Shown here: one piece after another, positions 1 through 6,191 of the stretch
How the letters are laid out: each line of letters begins with the position of its first letter
Numbering within the stretch: position 1 is the stretch's first letter
Translations under genes and position numbers: made by a program
Virus record (IMG/VR): IMGVR_UViG_2703718872_000025
DNA: 6,191 nucleotides
Origin: a virus
Lineage: Duplodnaviria > Heunggongvirae > Uroviricota > Caudoviricetes
Reading direction: 5' to 3' (one strand)
The notes under the pieces: generated by a model
What the model was told of the DNA's origin: nothing
Databases searched by the model: none
What the model saw: only the letters and a program-made list of their open reading frames with translations

Positions 1-1
1 T

Positions 2-2758
2 GCGGCGAAAACGTCAGAAACGAATGCTTCAGCGTCACAACAATCAGCAGCCACATCTGCATCCACCGCGACCACGAAGGCATCAGAAGCTGCGACCTCG
101 GCCCGGGATGCGGCGGCCTCAAAAGAGGCGGCAAAATCATCAGAAACGAGCGCAGCCTCGAGCGCCAGTAGTGCAGCTTCCTCGGCAACGGCGGCAGGAA
201 ATTCCGCGAAGGCGGCAAAAACGTCCGAGACGAACGCCAGGTCTTCTGAAACGGCAGCGGGACAGAGCGCCTCAGCTGCGGCAGGCTCAAAAACAGCGGC
301 TGCGTCGTCTGCCAGTGCAGCGTCAACAAGTGCCGGGCAGGCCTCAGCCAGTGCCACCGCCGCCGGAAAATCGGCAGAAAGCGCTGCATTGTCCGCTTCA
401 ACAGCCACAACGAAGGCTGGCGAAGCCGCTGAACAGGCCAGCGCAGCAGCGAGGTCTGCATCCGCAGCGAAGACATCCGAAACGAACGCGAAAGCGTCGG
501 AAACCAGCGCAGAATCCTCAAAAACGGCAGCGGCATCGTCTGCCAGTTCGGCGGCGTCATCGGCATCATCTGCGTCTGCTTCAAAAGATGAGGCGACCAG
601 ACAGGCGTCAGCAGCGAAGGGCAGCGCCACGACGGCATCCACGAAGGCGACAGAGGCTGCTGGCAGTGCGACAGCGGCAGCACAGAGCAAAAGTACGGCG
701 GAATCCGCGGCAACGCGCGCCGAGACAGCAGCTAAACGGGCAGAGGATATTGCATCCGCCGTGGCGCTTGAGGATGCAAGTACGACGAAAAAGGGGATAG
801 TACAGCTCAGCAGTGCGACCAACAGTACGTCTGAAACGCTGGCGGCAACGCCAAAGTCAGTAAAATCAGCCTATGACAATGCAGAGAAACGTCTGCAGAA
901 AGACCAGAACGGCGCTGATATACCCGATAAGGGACGCTTCCTGAACAACATTAACGCGGTCAGTAAAACAGACTTTGCTGATAAACGTGGTATGCGTTAT
1001 GTGCGGGTTAACGCTCCTGCAGGTGCAACATCTGGAAAATATTACCCTGTTGTTGTTATGCGTTCTGCTGGCTCAGTAAGCGAACTGGCATCAAGGGTCA
1101 TTATCACCACGGCAACGCGAACCGCAGGCGATCCGATGAATAACTGCGAGTTTAACGGATTTGTTATGCCTGGTGGCTGGACTGACAGGGGGCGTTATGC
1201 TTATGGAATGTTCTGGCAATATCAAAACAATGAACGAGCCATCCACTCAATAATGATGAGTAATAAGGGCGATGATTTGCGCTCTGTGTTCTATGTTGAT
1301 GGCGCTGCTTTCCCTGTTTTTGCGTTTATCGAAGATGGCCTGTCAATATCCGCACCTGGTGCTGATCTCGTTGTTAATGATACGACCTATAAGTTTGGGG
1401 CAACAATTCCAGCGACTGAATGTATCGCGGCGGACGTTATCCTTGATTTTAAGAGTGGGCGTGGTTTTTATGAGTCCCATTCGTTAATCGTTAACGATAA
1501 CTTGTCGTGCAAAAAACTTTTTGCCACAGACGAAATTGTAGCGCGTGGTGGTAATCAGATTCGAATGATAGGTGGGGAGTATGGGGCATTATGGCGTAAT
1601 GATGGCGCTAAAACTTACCTGCTGCTTACCAATCAAGGTGATGTTTATGGTGGCTGGAATACATTAAGACCGTTTGCTATTGATAACGCAACCGGCGAAC
1701 TGGTTATTGGAACCAAACTGTCCGCAAGTCTGAACGGTAACGCATTGACAGCAACAAAGCTGCAAACGCCAAGACTGGTTTCTGGGGTTGAGTTTGATGG
1801 TTCAAAAGATATTACTTTAACCGCCGCGCATGTGGCTGCTTTTGCCAGAAGGGCAACGGATACATATGCCGATGCGGATGGTGGCGTTCCCTGGAATGCC
1901 GAATCAGGCGCTTACAATGTCACCCGCTCTGGCGACAGCTATATTCTGGTTAACTTCTATACCGGAGTCGGAAGTTGCCGGACCCTGCAGATGAAGGCGC
2001 ATTACAGAAATGGAGGTCTGTTCTACCGTTCCTCAAGAGATGGCTATGGTTTTGAGGAAGGCTGGGCAGAAGTTTATACCTCGAAAAATCTTCCACCAGA
2101 AAGCTACCCAGTTGGCGCACCAATTCCGTGGCCATCAGATACCGTTCCGTCTGGTTATGCCCTGATGCAGGGGCAGACTTTTGACAAATCTGCATACCCG
2201 AAACTTGCAGTTGCTTATCCGTCAGGCGTGATCCCTGATATGCGTGGCTGGACGATTAAGGGCAAGCCCGCCAGTGGTCGTGCCGTATTGTCTCAGGAAC
2301 AGGACGGCATTAAATCGCACACCCACAGCGCCAGCGCATCCAGTACGGATTTGGGTACGAAAACCACATCGTCGTTTGATTACGGCACTAAATCTACGAA
2401 TAACACCGGGGCACATACACACAGTGTGAGCGGCTCTACAAACTCGGCTGGAGCACACACACACTCACTAGCCAACGTGAACACGGCTAGTGCTAACTCC
2501 GGTGCTGGTAGTGCATCAACAAGATTGTCTGTTGTGCATAATCAAAACTATGCAACATCATCTGCTGGCGCACATACCCACTCACTGTCCGGCACTGCTG
2601 CAAGCGCAGGTGCACACGCACATACTGTCGGTATTGGTGCTCATACGCACTCGGTTGCGATTGGCTCACATGGACACACCATCACCGTTAACGCTGCTGG
2701 TAACGCGGAAAACACCGTCAAAAACATCGCATTTAACTATATTGTGAGGCTTGCATAA
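2..2758 (+). CDS. stf: Side tail fibre protein Stf, 5-prime partial (true start upstream of window)
   Basis: Frame 2 is open from nt 2 to the TAA at 2756-2758; the ORF-track start at 389 is only an in-frame TTG. Translation shows Ala/Ser/Thr-rich N-terminal repeats (AKTSETNA recurring), a phage-tail-fibre-repeat-like segment ([31 protein letters not shown]) and a C-terminus (GAPIPWPSD...KSHTHS...GAHTHS...[11 protein letters not shown]) that I recognise from memory as the lambda Stf / T4 gp37-type tip. No frameshift interrupts the gene within the window. Confidence 0.92.
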   Translation, partial: AAKTSETNASASQQSAATSASTATTKASEAATSARDAAASKEAAKSSETSAASSASSAASSATAAGNSAKAAKTSETNARSSETAAGQSASAAAGSKTAAASSASAASTSAGQASASATAAGKSAESAALSASTATTKAGEAAEQASAAARSASAAKTSETNAKASETSAESSKTAAASSASSAASSASSASASKDEATRQASAAKGSATTASTKATEAAGSATAAAQSKSTAESAATRAETAAKRAEDIASAVALEDASTTKKGIVQLSSATNSTSETLAATPKSVKSAYDNAEKRLQKDQNGADIPDKGRFLNNINAVSKTDFADKRGMRYVRVNAPAGATSGKYYPVVVMRSAGSVSELASRVIITTATRTAGDPMNNCEFNGFVMPGGWTDRGRYAYGMFWQYQNNERAIHSIMMSNKGDDLRSVFYVDGAAFPVFAFIEDGLSISAPGADLVVNDTTYKFGATIPATECIAADVILDFKSGRGFYESHSLIVNDNLSCKKLFATDEIVARGGNQIRMIGGEYGALWRNDGAKTYLLLTNQGDVYGGWNTLRPFAIDNATGELVIGTKLSASLNGNALTATKLQTPRLVSGVEFDGSKDITLTAAHVAAFARRATDTYADADGGVPWNAESGAYNVTRSGDSYILVNFYTGVGSCRTLQMKAHYRNGGLFYRSSRDGYGFEEGWAEVYTSKNLPPESYPVGAPIPWPSDTVPSGYALMQGQTFDKSAYPKLAVAYPSGVIPDMRGWTIKGKPASGRAVLSQEQDGIKSHTHSASASSTDLGTKTTSSFDYGTKSTNNTGAHTHSVSGSTNSAGAHTHSLANVNTASANSGAGSASTRLSVVHNQNYATSSAGAHTHSLSGTAASAGAHAHTVGIGAHTHSVAIGSHGHTITVNAAGNAENTVKNIAFNYIVRLA

Positions 2759-3342
2759 TGGCATTCAGAATGAGTGAACAACCACGGACCATAAAAATTT
2801 ATAATCTGCTGGCCGGAACTAATGAATTTATTGGTGAAGGTGACGCATATATTCCGCCTCATACAGGTCTGCCAGCAAACAGTACCGATATTGCACCGCC
2901 AGATATTCCGGCTGGCTTTGTGGCTGTTTTCAACAGTGATGAGGCATCGTGGCATCTCGTTGAAGACCATCGGGGTAAAACCGTCTATGACGTGGCTTCC
3001 GGCGACGCGTTATTTATTTCTGAACTCGGCTCATTACCGGAAAATGTCACCTGGTTATCCCCGGAAGGGGAGTTTCAGAAGTGGAACGGCACAACCTGGG
3101 TGAAAGATGCAGAAGCAGAAAAACTGTTCCGGATCCGGGAGGCGGAAGAAACAAAAAACAGCCTGATGCAGGTAGCCAGTGAGCATATTGCGCCACTTCA
3201 GGATGCTGCAGATCTGGAAATCGCAACGGAGGGAGAAACCTCGTTGCTGGAAGCCTGGAAAAAGTATCGGGTGTTGCTGAACCGTGTTGATACATCAACT
3301 GCACCTGATATTGAGTGGCCTACGAACCCTGTCAGGGAGTAA
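2758..3342 (+). CDS. tfa: Tail fibre assembly protein Tfa (194 aa)
   Basis: ATG at 2758-2760 overlaps the stf stop (TAATG), with GAGG 8 nt upstream; 194 codons ending TAA 3340-3342. Translation [24 protein letters not shown]...[39 protein letters not shown]... closely matches my recollection of lambda Tfa, which is also 194 aa. Confidence 0.92.
   Translation: MAFRMSEQPRTIKIYNLLAGTNEFIGEGDAYIPPHTGLPANSTDIAPPDIPAGFVAVFNSDEASWHLVEDHRGKTVYDVASGDALFISELGSLPENVTWLSPEGEFQKWNGTTWVKDAEAEKLFRIREAEETKNSLMQVASEHIAPLQDAADLEIATEGETSLLEAWKKYRVLLNRVDTSTAPDIEWPTNPVRE
3178..3297 (+). repeat. Direct repeat copy A (3-prime end of intact tfa)
   Basis: Aligns without gaps to 4227-4346 with 13 mismatches in 120 nt (~89%), in the same reading frame; similarity stops abruptly on both sides. 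Confidence 0.85.
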
Positions 3343-3356
3343 TCATTGGGATTATG

Positions 3357-3389
3357 CCGCAGCACGTCTTAAGCAAGAACGTGCTGCGG
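3357..3389. terminator. Stem-loop between convergent tfa and methyltransferase genes; possible weak intrinsic terminator
   Basis: ccgcagcacgtctt (3357-3370), loop aagc, then aagaacgtgctgcgg (3375-3389) gives a 14-bp stem with one bulged A. On the + strand a T6 run (3400-3405) follows about 10 nt later; no U-run follows on the - strand. Non-canonical spacing, hence low confidence. Confidence 0.3.
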
Positions 3390-3396
3390 TTGGATG

Positions 3397-4053
3397 CTAT
3401 TTTTTCCCTGAAGCGGAAAACATTACTACAGTACCTTGAACCTTGGTTTTAACATTCTCGAAATGCTCTGAGAGTATATGTGTTAAGCCTTCTTCGGAAT
3501 CTTTTGTGTTTGAAAAGATGCCTTTCTGATTGTAAATGCGCATCAGTTTTTGACCGAAGCTATTGTGCACAACTCCATCGCCAAGAATTGTGGCTCCGTA
3601 TAGAGTTCCATCGTCAGTTAAGGCCTGCGCCGCATTGCGTATTACACAGCTTTTTGTAGATATATTTCCAGGCAGGCAGTGAAGAAGGTAAAACATGGAA
3701 ATGGAATCAAATTGACCATGTAACGCCGCGGGATAAGGTTCAAAAACATCATGGCTAATTTTATGTTTAATTTTTGATTCCCCAGCCCTTGTAGATGCCG
3801 CGTTCAGGCTAGCTTCGTTCAAATCCATTAAAGATATCAGACTACTCTCAGGTACGTGAGTAAGGTAAAACCCAGTTCCAACACCAATATCCAGATGGTT
3901 GTTACCTAAATGTTCCAGAAAGTGTGGAAGAAGGTGTTCCTTTGTAGGACATCCCCATGCAAGCCGATTTGATACTCCCAAAACCCACCAGTCATAAAGC
4001 TTTAGGGTAAGTGGTGTGTAAATTTTAGCCCCATCATCTGTGTTTTTTTTCAT
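3397..4053 (-). CDS. ybcY: Class I SAM-dependent methyltransferase (Rossmann-fold, small-molecule/protein type), prophage cargo; ybcY-like by genomic context
   Basis: The - strand ORF runs 4065 to 3397 (stop TAG, complement of 3397-3399). Two in-frame ATGs: 4065-4063 with no Shine-Dalgarno, and 4053-4051 preceded by GGTGA at a 5-nt spacing, so I take 4053 as the start (218 aa; 222 aa if 4065 is used). Motif I LDIGVGTG (codons at 3871-3885), acidic residue after the second strand (LMDLNE), motif II-like FDSISMFYLLHCL. Gene symbol is assigned from the tfa / MTase(-) / tfa-fragment synteny recalled for DLP12, not from sequence identity, so treat it as provisional. Confidence 0.75.
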   Translation of the reverse strand: MKKNTDDGAKIYTPLTLKLYDWWVLGVSNRLAWGCPTKEHLLPHFLEHLGNNHLDIGVGTGFYLTHVPESSLISLMDLNEASLNAASTRAGESKIKHKISHDVFEPYPAALHGQFDSISMFYLLHCLPGNISTKSCVIRNAAQALTDDGTLYGATILGDGVVHNSFGQKLMRIYNQKGIFSNTKDSEEGLTHILSEHFENVKTKVQGTVVMFSASGKK

Positions 4054-4121
4054 TAATTTCACCATGTTATAGTTTTATTTGTGAATTAAATCAATTATGG
4101 CGATGAATTACAAGGGGTTAA

Positions 4122-4427
4122 ATGCTGCCGCAGCATAGCGATATTGAAATAGCCTGGTATGCTTCGATACAGCAGGAGCCGAATAGCTGGAAGACCGTCA
4201 CCACACAGTTCTACATCCAGGAATTCAGTGAGTATATTGCGCCACTGCAGGATGCTGTAGATCTGGAAATCGCAACGGAGGAAGAAAGATCGTTGCTGGA
4301 GGCATGGAATAAATATCGGGTATTGTTGAATCGTGTTGATACATCAGTAGCTCTGGGTATGAAGCTGTTTGTAACTCATGTTACAGTAACAGCCATTACT
4401 ATCTCGAAGGTGCAAAATGTATATTGA
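4122..4427 (+). CDS. Tail fibre assembly protein C-terminal fragment (tfaX-like remnant; probably non-functional)
   Basis: 101-codon ORF with ATG at 4122 and AGGGG 5 nt upstream. Only residues ~36-75 ([40 protein letters not shown]) resemble Tfa; the flanking sequence is unrelated. Contains direct-repeat copy B. Confidence 0.5.
   Translation: MLPQHSDIEIAWYASIQQEPNSWKTVTTQFYIQEFSEYIAPLQDAVDLEIATEEERSLLEAWNKYRVLLNRVDTSVALGMKLFVTHVTVTAITISKVQNVY
4227..4346 (+). repeat. Direct repeat copy B (inside tfa remnant)
   Basis: Partner of 3178-3297; 107 of 120 nt identical, ungapped, same frame. Confidence 0.85.
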
Positions 4428-4554
4428 TTTGATATTTTATAAATTTACTTCGAATCTGGCACGTCAACTTTTGATTAAAGTAATATCAGTTTTCGGCGAA
4501 AAAAGGACCGTGTACATGAGACGATTTCATACAAGAATAACAAAAATATGAATA

Positions 4555-4590
4555 TGCTCCCAATGCAATATATGTTTTGCATTGGGAGCA
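4555..4590 (-). terminator. Probable Rho-independent terminator of the hydrolase gene
   Basis: Perfect inverted repeat gctcccaatgcaa (4556-4568) / ttgcattgggagc (4577-4589) with an 8-nt loop, extendable by one T-A pair. On the - strand it begins 20 nt after the hydrolase stop codon and is followed by the U-rich stretch auauucauauuuuuguuauuc. Confidence 0.45.
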
Positions 4591-4610
4591 AATAGCGGAA
4601 TATTTTGAAA

Positions 4611-6095
4611 TTATTGTATTTCTGCTTCAGAATTTCCTGGGCAGTATATATTTTCTATTTTTTGTGGAGTGATCAGGTGATGTACAACTGCTTTATCTAC
4701 ACATAAATTAACTCCGGTGAGAGCTAATGTATGCCCATCACCATTTATTGTTAGTAACGGGCTGGAAAATTTCTCTGCCATCTTACGGGCATTAATCCAG
4801 GGCGTTGTTGGGTCGTATTTGTGTGCTACAAACAGTAAACCAGAGGGCAGAACAGTATTTTTCAGGCGAGTTTTGTTCAGGTCGCTATGTATTGGCCATA
4901 ATTCACAAAAATCAGGTGAATCGGAACGTCCATTGTCAAAGTTAATAGCCGGGAAGGCATTCGCAAGAGCGTCTTTTCGGGATTTTCGCTCTTCTGGTGT
5001 TAATTGCTCATCCCCCTGATCTACACAGAGGATTACCCCCGAAGCATCGCTTGACTCTTCTGAGGCTATCGGAGCACTGAGCGCAGTTTCAATTTCATTA
5101 CTGACAATCCCCTGAGAGAACTGGCGTATGGCAGTTGCAAGGGTTGGCCATGATGAACGCCATAGCAGAAGGTCTGTTGTTAATGATATGAGTTCACCTG
5201 AAGATATATTTTCTCCCTTACTGTCTAATAAAGGTTTGTGATGTAATTTTGATAATAGCTCATGGAAGTGAGTTATTGCCTTATCTCTGTCTGAAGAAAG
5301 CGGGCAACTTTTTGTACGCGCACACCAGGATGCAAAGCGATCAAACGTTTCCTGATAACTCTGTGCCTGTTTGAGTTGCCATGTGAAGTTGTCCTCCAGG
5401 TCATCGATATCGACGACTCCATCAAGAACGATAGATCTTACGTTGTAGGGAAAACGTTCTGCATATAAGGCTGCAATTTGAGTTCCATACGAATACGCCA
5501 CGGCTGTCAGTTGTTTATCCCCCAAGGCTTGCCTAATACGATCAATATCGTATACAGCCTCGTTAGAGCCGATATGGCGAATGACTTCGGCTCCGGTATT
5601 ATGGATACAGGCATTAATTTTATTTAATACTTGTTGCTTTTCGGTTATGTTTTCCTGAGTCTCTGTATCTGATTGCCGGCAGTTTATTGTCGGAGTGGAC
5701 TGTCCGACGCCTCGAGGATCAAATCCAATAATATCCCATGACTCACGAAGATTTGTGACTGGCCAGTCAAAGTTAATATAAGGATTTATGCCTGGTAACC
5801 CGGGACCACCACTTATTATCAGGATACTTCCTTTATGCTTGCTTTTTGCCGGCAATTTTGTCAACGCTAGTTTGACTTGTGATTTTTTTTCATAAGAAGC
5901 ATCTCCGCCTGTGTCTGTATATTTTAATGGAACAGACAAATAACCACATAGTAAGTCAGGAGACGGTTTTTCCTCACCAAACCAGTGGTTGAATTGACTG
6001 GCCATACAGGATTGCCACTGTATCTGCTGGGCAGATACGGTTACTGGTAGAAGTAACGTTAAAACAACTTTGAAATGAGTAATTATTTTTCGCAT
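4611..6095 (-). CDS. Secreted/periplasmic alpha/beta-hydrolase, S33 (prolyl/tripeptidyl aminopeptidase, TAP-like) family serine hydrolase
   Basis: 494 codons from ATG (complement of 6093-6095) to TAA (complement of 4611-4613). N-terminus MRKIITHFKVVLTLLLPVTVSA/QQ looks like a Sec signal peptide with no lipobox. Ordered motifs: IISGGPGLPG (oxyanion-hole region), GFDPRGVGQS, AYSYG nucleophile elbow (Ser codon 5490-5492), then KYDPTTP and GDGHT near the C-terminus as candidate Asp and His of the triad. Confidence 0.85.
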   Translation of the reverse strand: MRKIITHFKVVLTLLLPVTVSAQQIQWQSCMASQFNHWFGEEKPSPDLLCGYLSVPLKYTDTGGDASYEKKSQVKLALTKLPAKSKHKGSILIISGGPGLPGINPYINFDWPVTNLRESWDIIGFDPRGVGQSTPTINCRQSDTETQENITEKQQVLNKINACIHNTGAEVIRHIGSNEAVYDIDRIRQALGDKQLTAVAYSYGTQIAALYAERFPYNVRSIVLDGVVDIDDLEDNFTWQLKQAQSYQETFDRFASWCARTKSCPLSSDRDKAITHFHELLSKLHHKPLLDSKGENISSGELISLTTDLLLWRSSWPTLATAIRQFSQGIVSNEIETALSAPIASEESSDASGVILCVDQGDEQLTPEERKSRKDALANAFPAINFDNGRSDSPDFCELWPIHSDLNKTRLKNTVLPSGLLFVAHKYDPTTPWINARKMAEKFSSPLLTINGDGHTLALTGVNLCVDKAVVHHLITPQKIENIYCPGNSEAEIQ

Positions 6096-6191
6096 TGTGT
6101 CTCTGAATATCGGAATAAAGATAAAATTTGAATATATTGAGGTCTTGTGTTGCGGTAAGAGATTACTGGATTTGCCCCTATATTTCCAGAC

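Larger units (their letters stand above)
1..6191. mobile_element. Segment of a lambdoid prophage: side-tail-fibre module plus downstream accessory (moron) genes; both ends lie outside the window
   Basis: Gene content and order (stf, tfa, then opposite-strand AT-rich cargo) match the J-distal tail-fibre / b-region layout of phage lambda and E. coli K-12 cryptic prophages. No integrase, att site or phage end is visible in the window. Confidence 0.7.

Noticed and set aside
24-800. 258-aa + strand ORF (frame 3) with Arg/Pro/Gln-rich translation
   Set aside because: Lies entirely inside the stf reading frame. It is the off-frame reading of GC-rich Ala/Ser codon repeats, has extreme low-complexity composition, and nothing suggests a real overlapping gene.
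1272-2747. Short ORFs on both strands inside stf (1272-1487, 1950-2195, 2222-2464, 2244-2429, 2490-2747)
   Set aside because: All are shadow ORFs overlapping a long, well-supported coding frame; no start signals or recognisable protein features.
2737-3304. Short ORFs overlapping tfa (2737-2970 -, 2822-3103 +, 3047-3304 -)
   Set aside because: Shadow ORFs within the tfa coding region; no independent support.
3178-4346. Diversity-generating retroelement (template/variable repeat pair) acting on the tail-fibre locus
   Set aside because: The 13 mismatches between the repeat copies are not adenine-specific, the repeats lie in tfa rather than at the fibre tip, and no reverse transcriptase gene is present in the window.
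3343-4427. Pin/Gin/Hin-type invertible tail-fibre segment
   Set aside because: The second tfa copy is in direct, not inverted, orientation and no invertase gene is present. The only crossover-site-like sequence is a short partial palindrome (aacc tt ggtt around 3439-3448) inside the methyltransferase gene, whose outer half-sites do not match gix/hix.
4516-4551. 11-codon ORF (MRRFHTRITKI) in the intergenic region before the terminator hairpin
   Set aside because: Too short and without a convincing ribosome-binding site; most likely chance.
4717-5019. 100-aa + strand ORF inside the hydrolase gene
   Set aside because: Antisense shadow of a 494-codon ORF that has clear signal-peptide and catalytic motifs.
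3397-6095. Restriction-modification or other anti-phage defence system formed by the methyltransferase and hydrolase
   Set aside because: The methyltransferase lacks DNA-MTase motifs, the hydrolase is a signal-peptide-bearing serine hydrolase rather than a nuclease, and the two genes are separated by an opposite-strand tfa remnant, so they are not an operon. I could not support a defence-system call.
6096-6191. Possible promoter upstream of the hydrolase gene
   Set aside because: Only weak -35/-10-like hexamers (ttaccg ... tatatt) in AT-rich sequence; cannot be distinguished from chance without transcript data.
1-6191. tRNA, rRNA, CRISPR array, integrase, transposase or insertion sequence
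   Set aside because: No cloverleaf-like or rRNA-like segments, no regularly spaced short repeats, and no ORF with recombinase or transposase features were seen.

Overview
This window reads as the distal end of the tail-gene block of a lambdoid (phage lambda-like) prophage in an enterobacterial genome, most likely Escherichia/Shigella. I did not find a multi-gene system I can defend as novel; the best candidates for follow-up are the secreted hydrolase cargo gene and the A8 tract at the methyltransferase start. On the + strand are the 3-prime ~2.76 kb of an uninterrupted side-tail-fibre gene (stf, open from the window edge) and a complete tail-fibre-assembly gene (tfa) overlapping it at TAATG. 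Downstream, where lambda has its non-essential b region, the DNA turns AT-rich and carries accessory cargo: a - strand class I SAM-dependent methyltransferase of about 218 aa, a + strand remnant of a second tfa gene, and a - strand 494-aa signal-peptide-bearing alpha/beta-hydrolase of S33 (prolyl/tripeptidyl aminopeptidase-like) type followed by a hairpin terminator. The tfa remnant shares a ~120-bp, ~89% identical direct repeat with the 3-prime end of the intact tfa, and the tfa / methyltransferase(-) / tfa-fragment layout recalls tfaD-ybcY-tfaX of the E. coli K-12 DLP12 prophage. No RNA genes, CRISPR arrays, integrases or transposases were seen. All homology statements come from reading the translations and from memory of lambda and K-12 prophage proteins, not from searches; GC values are hand counts on sampled 60-nt lines.
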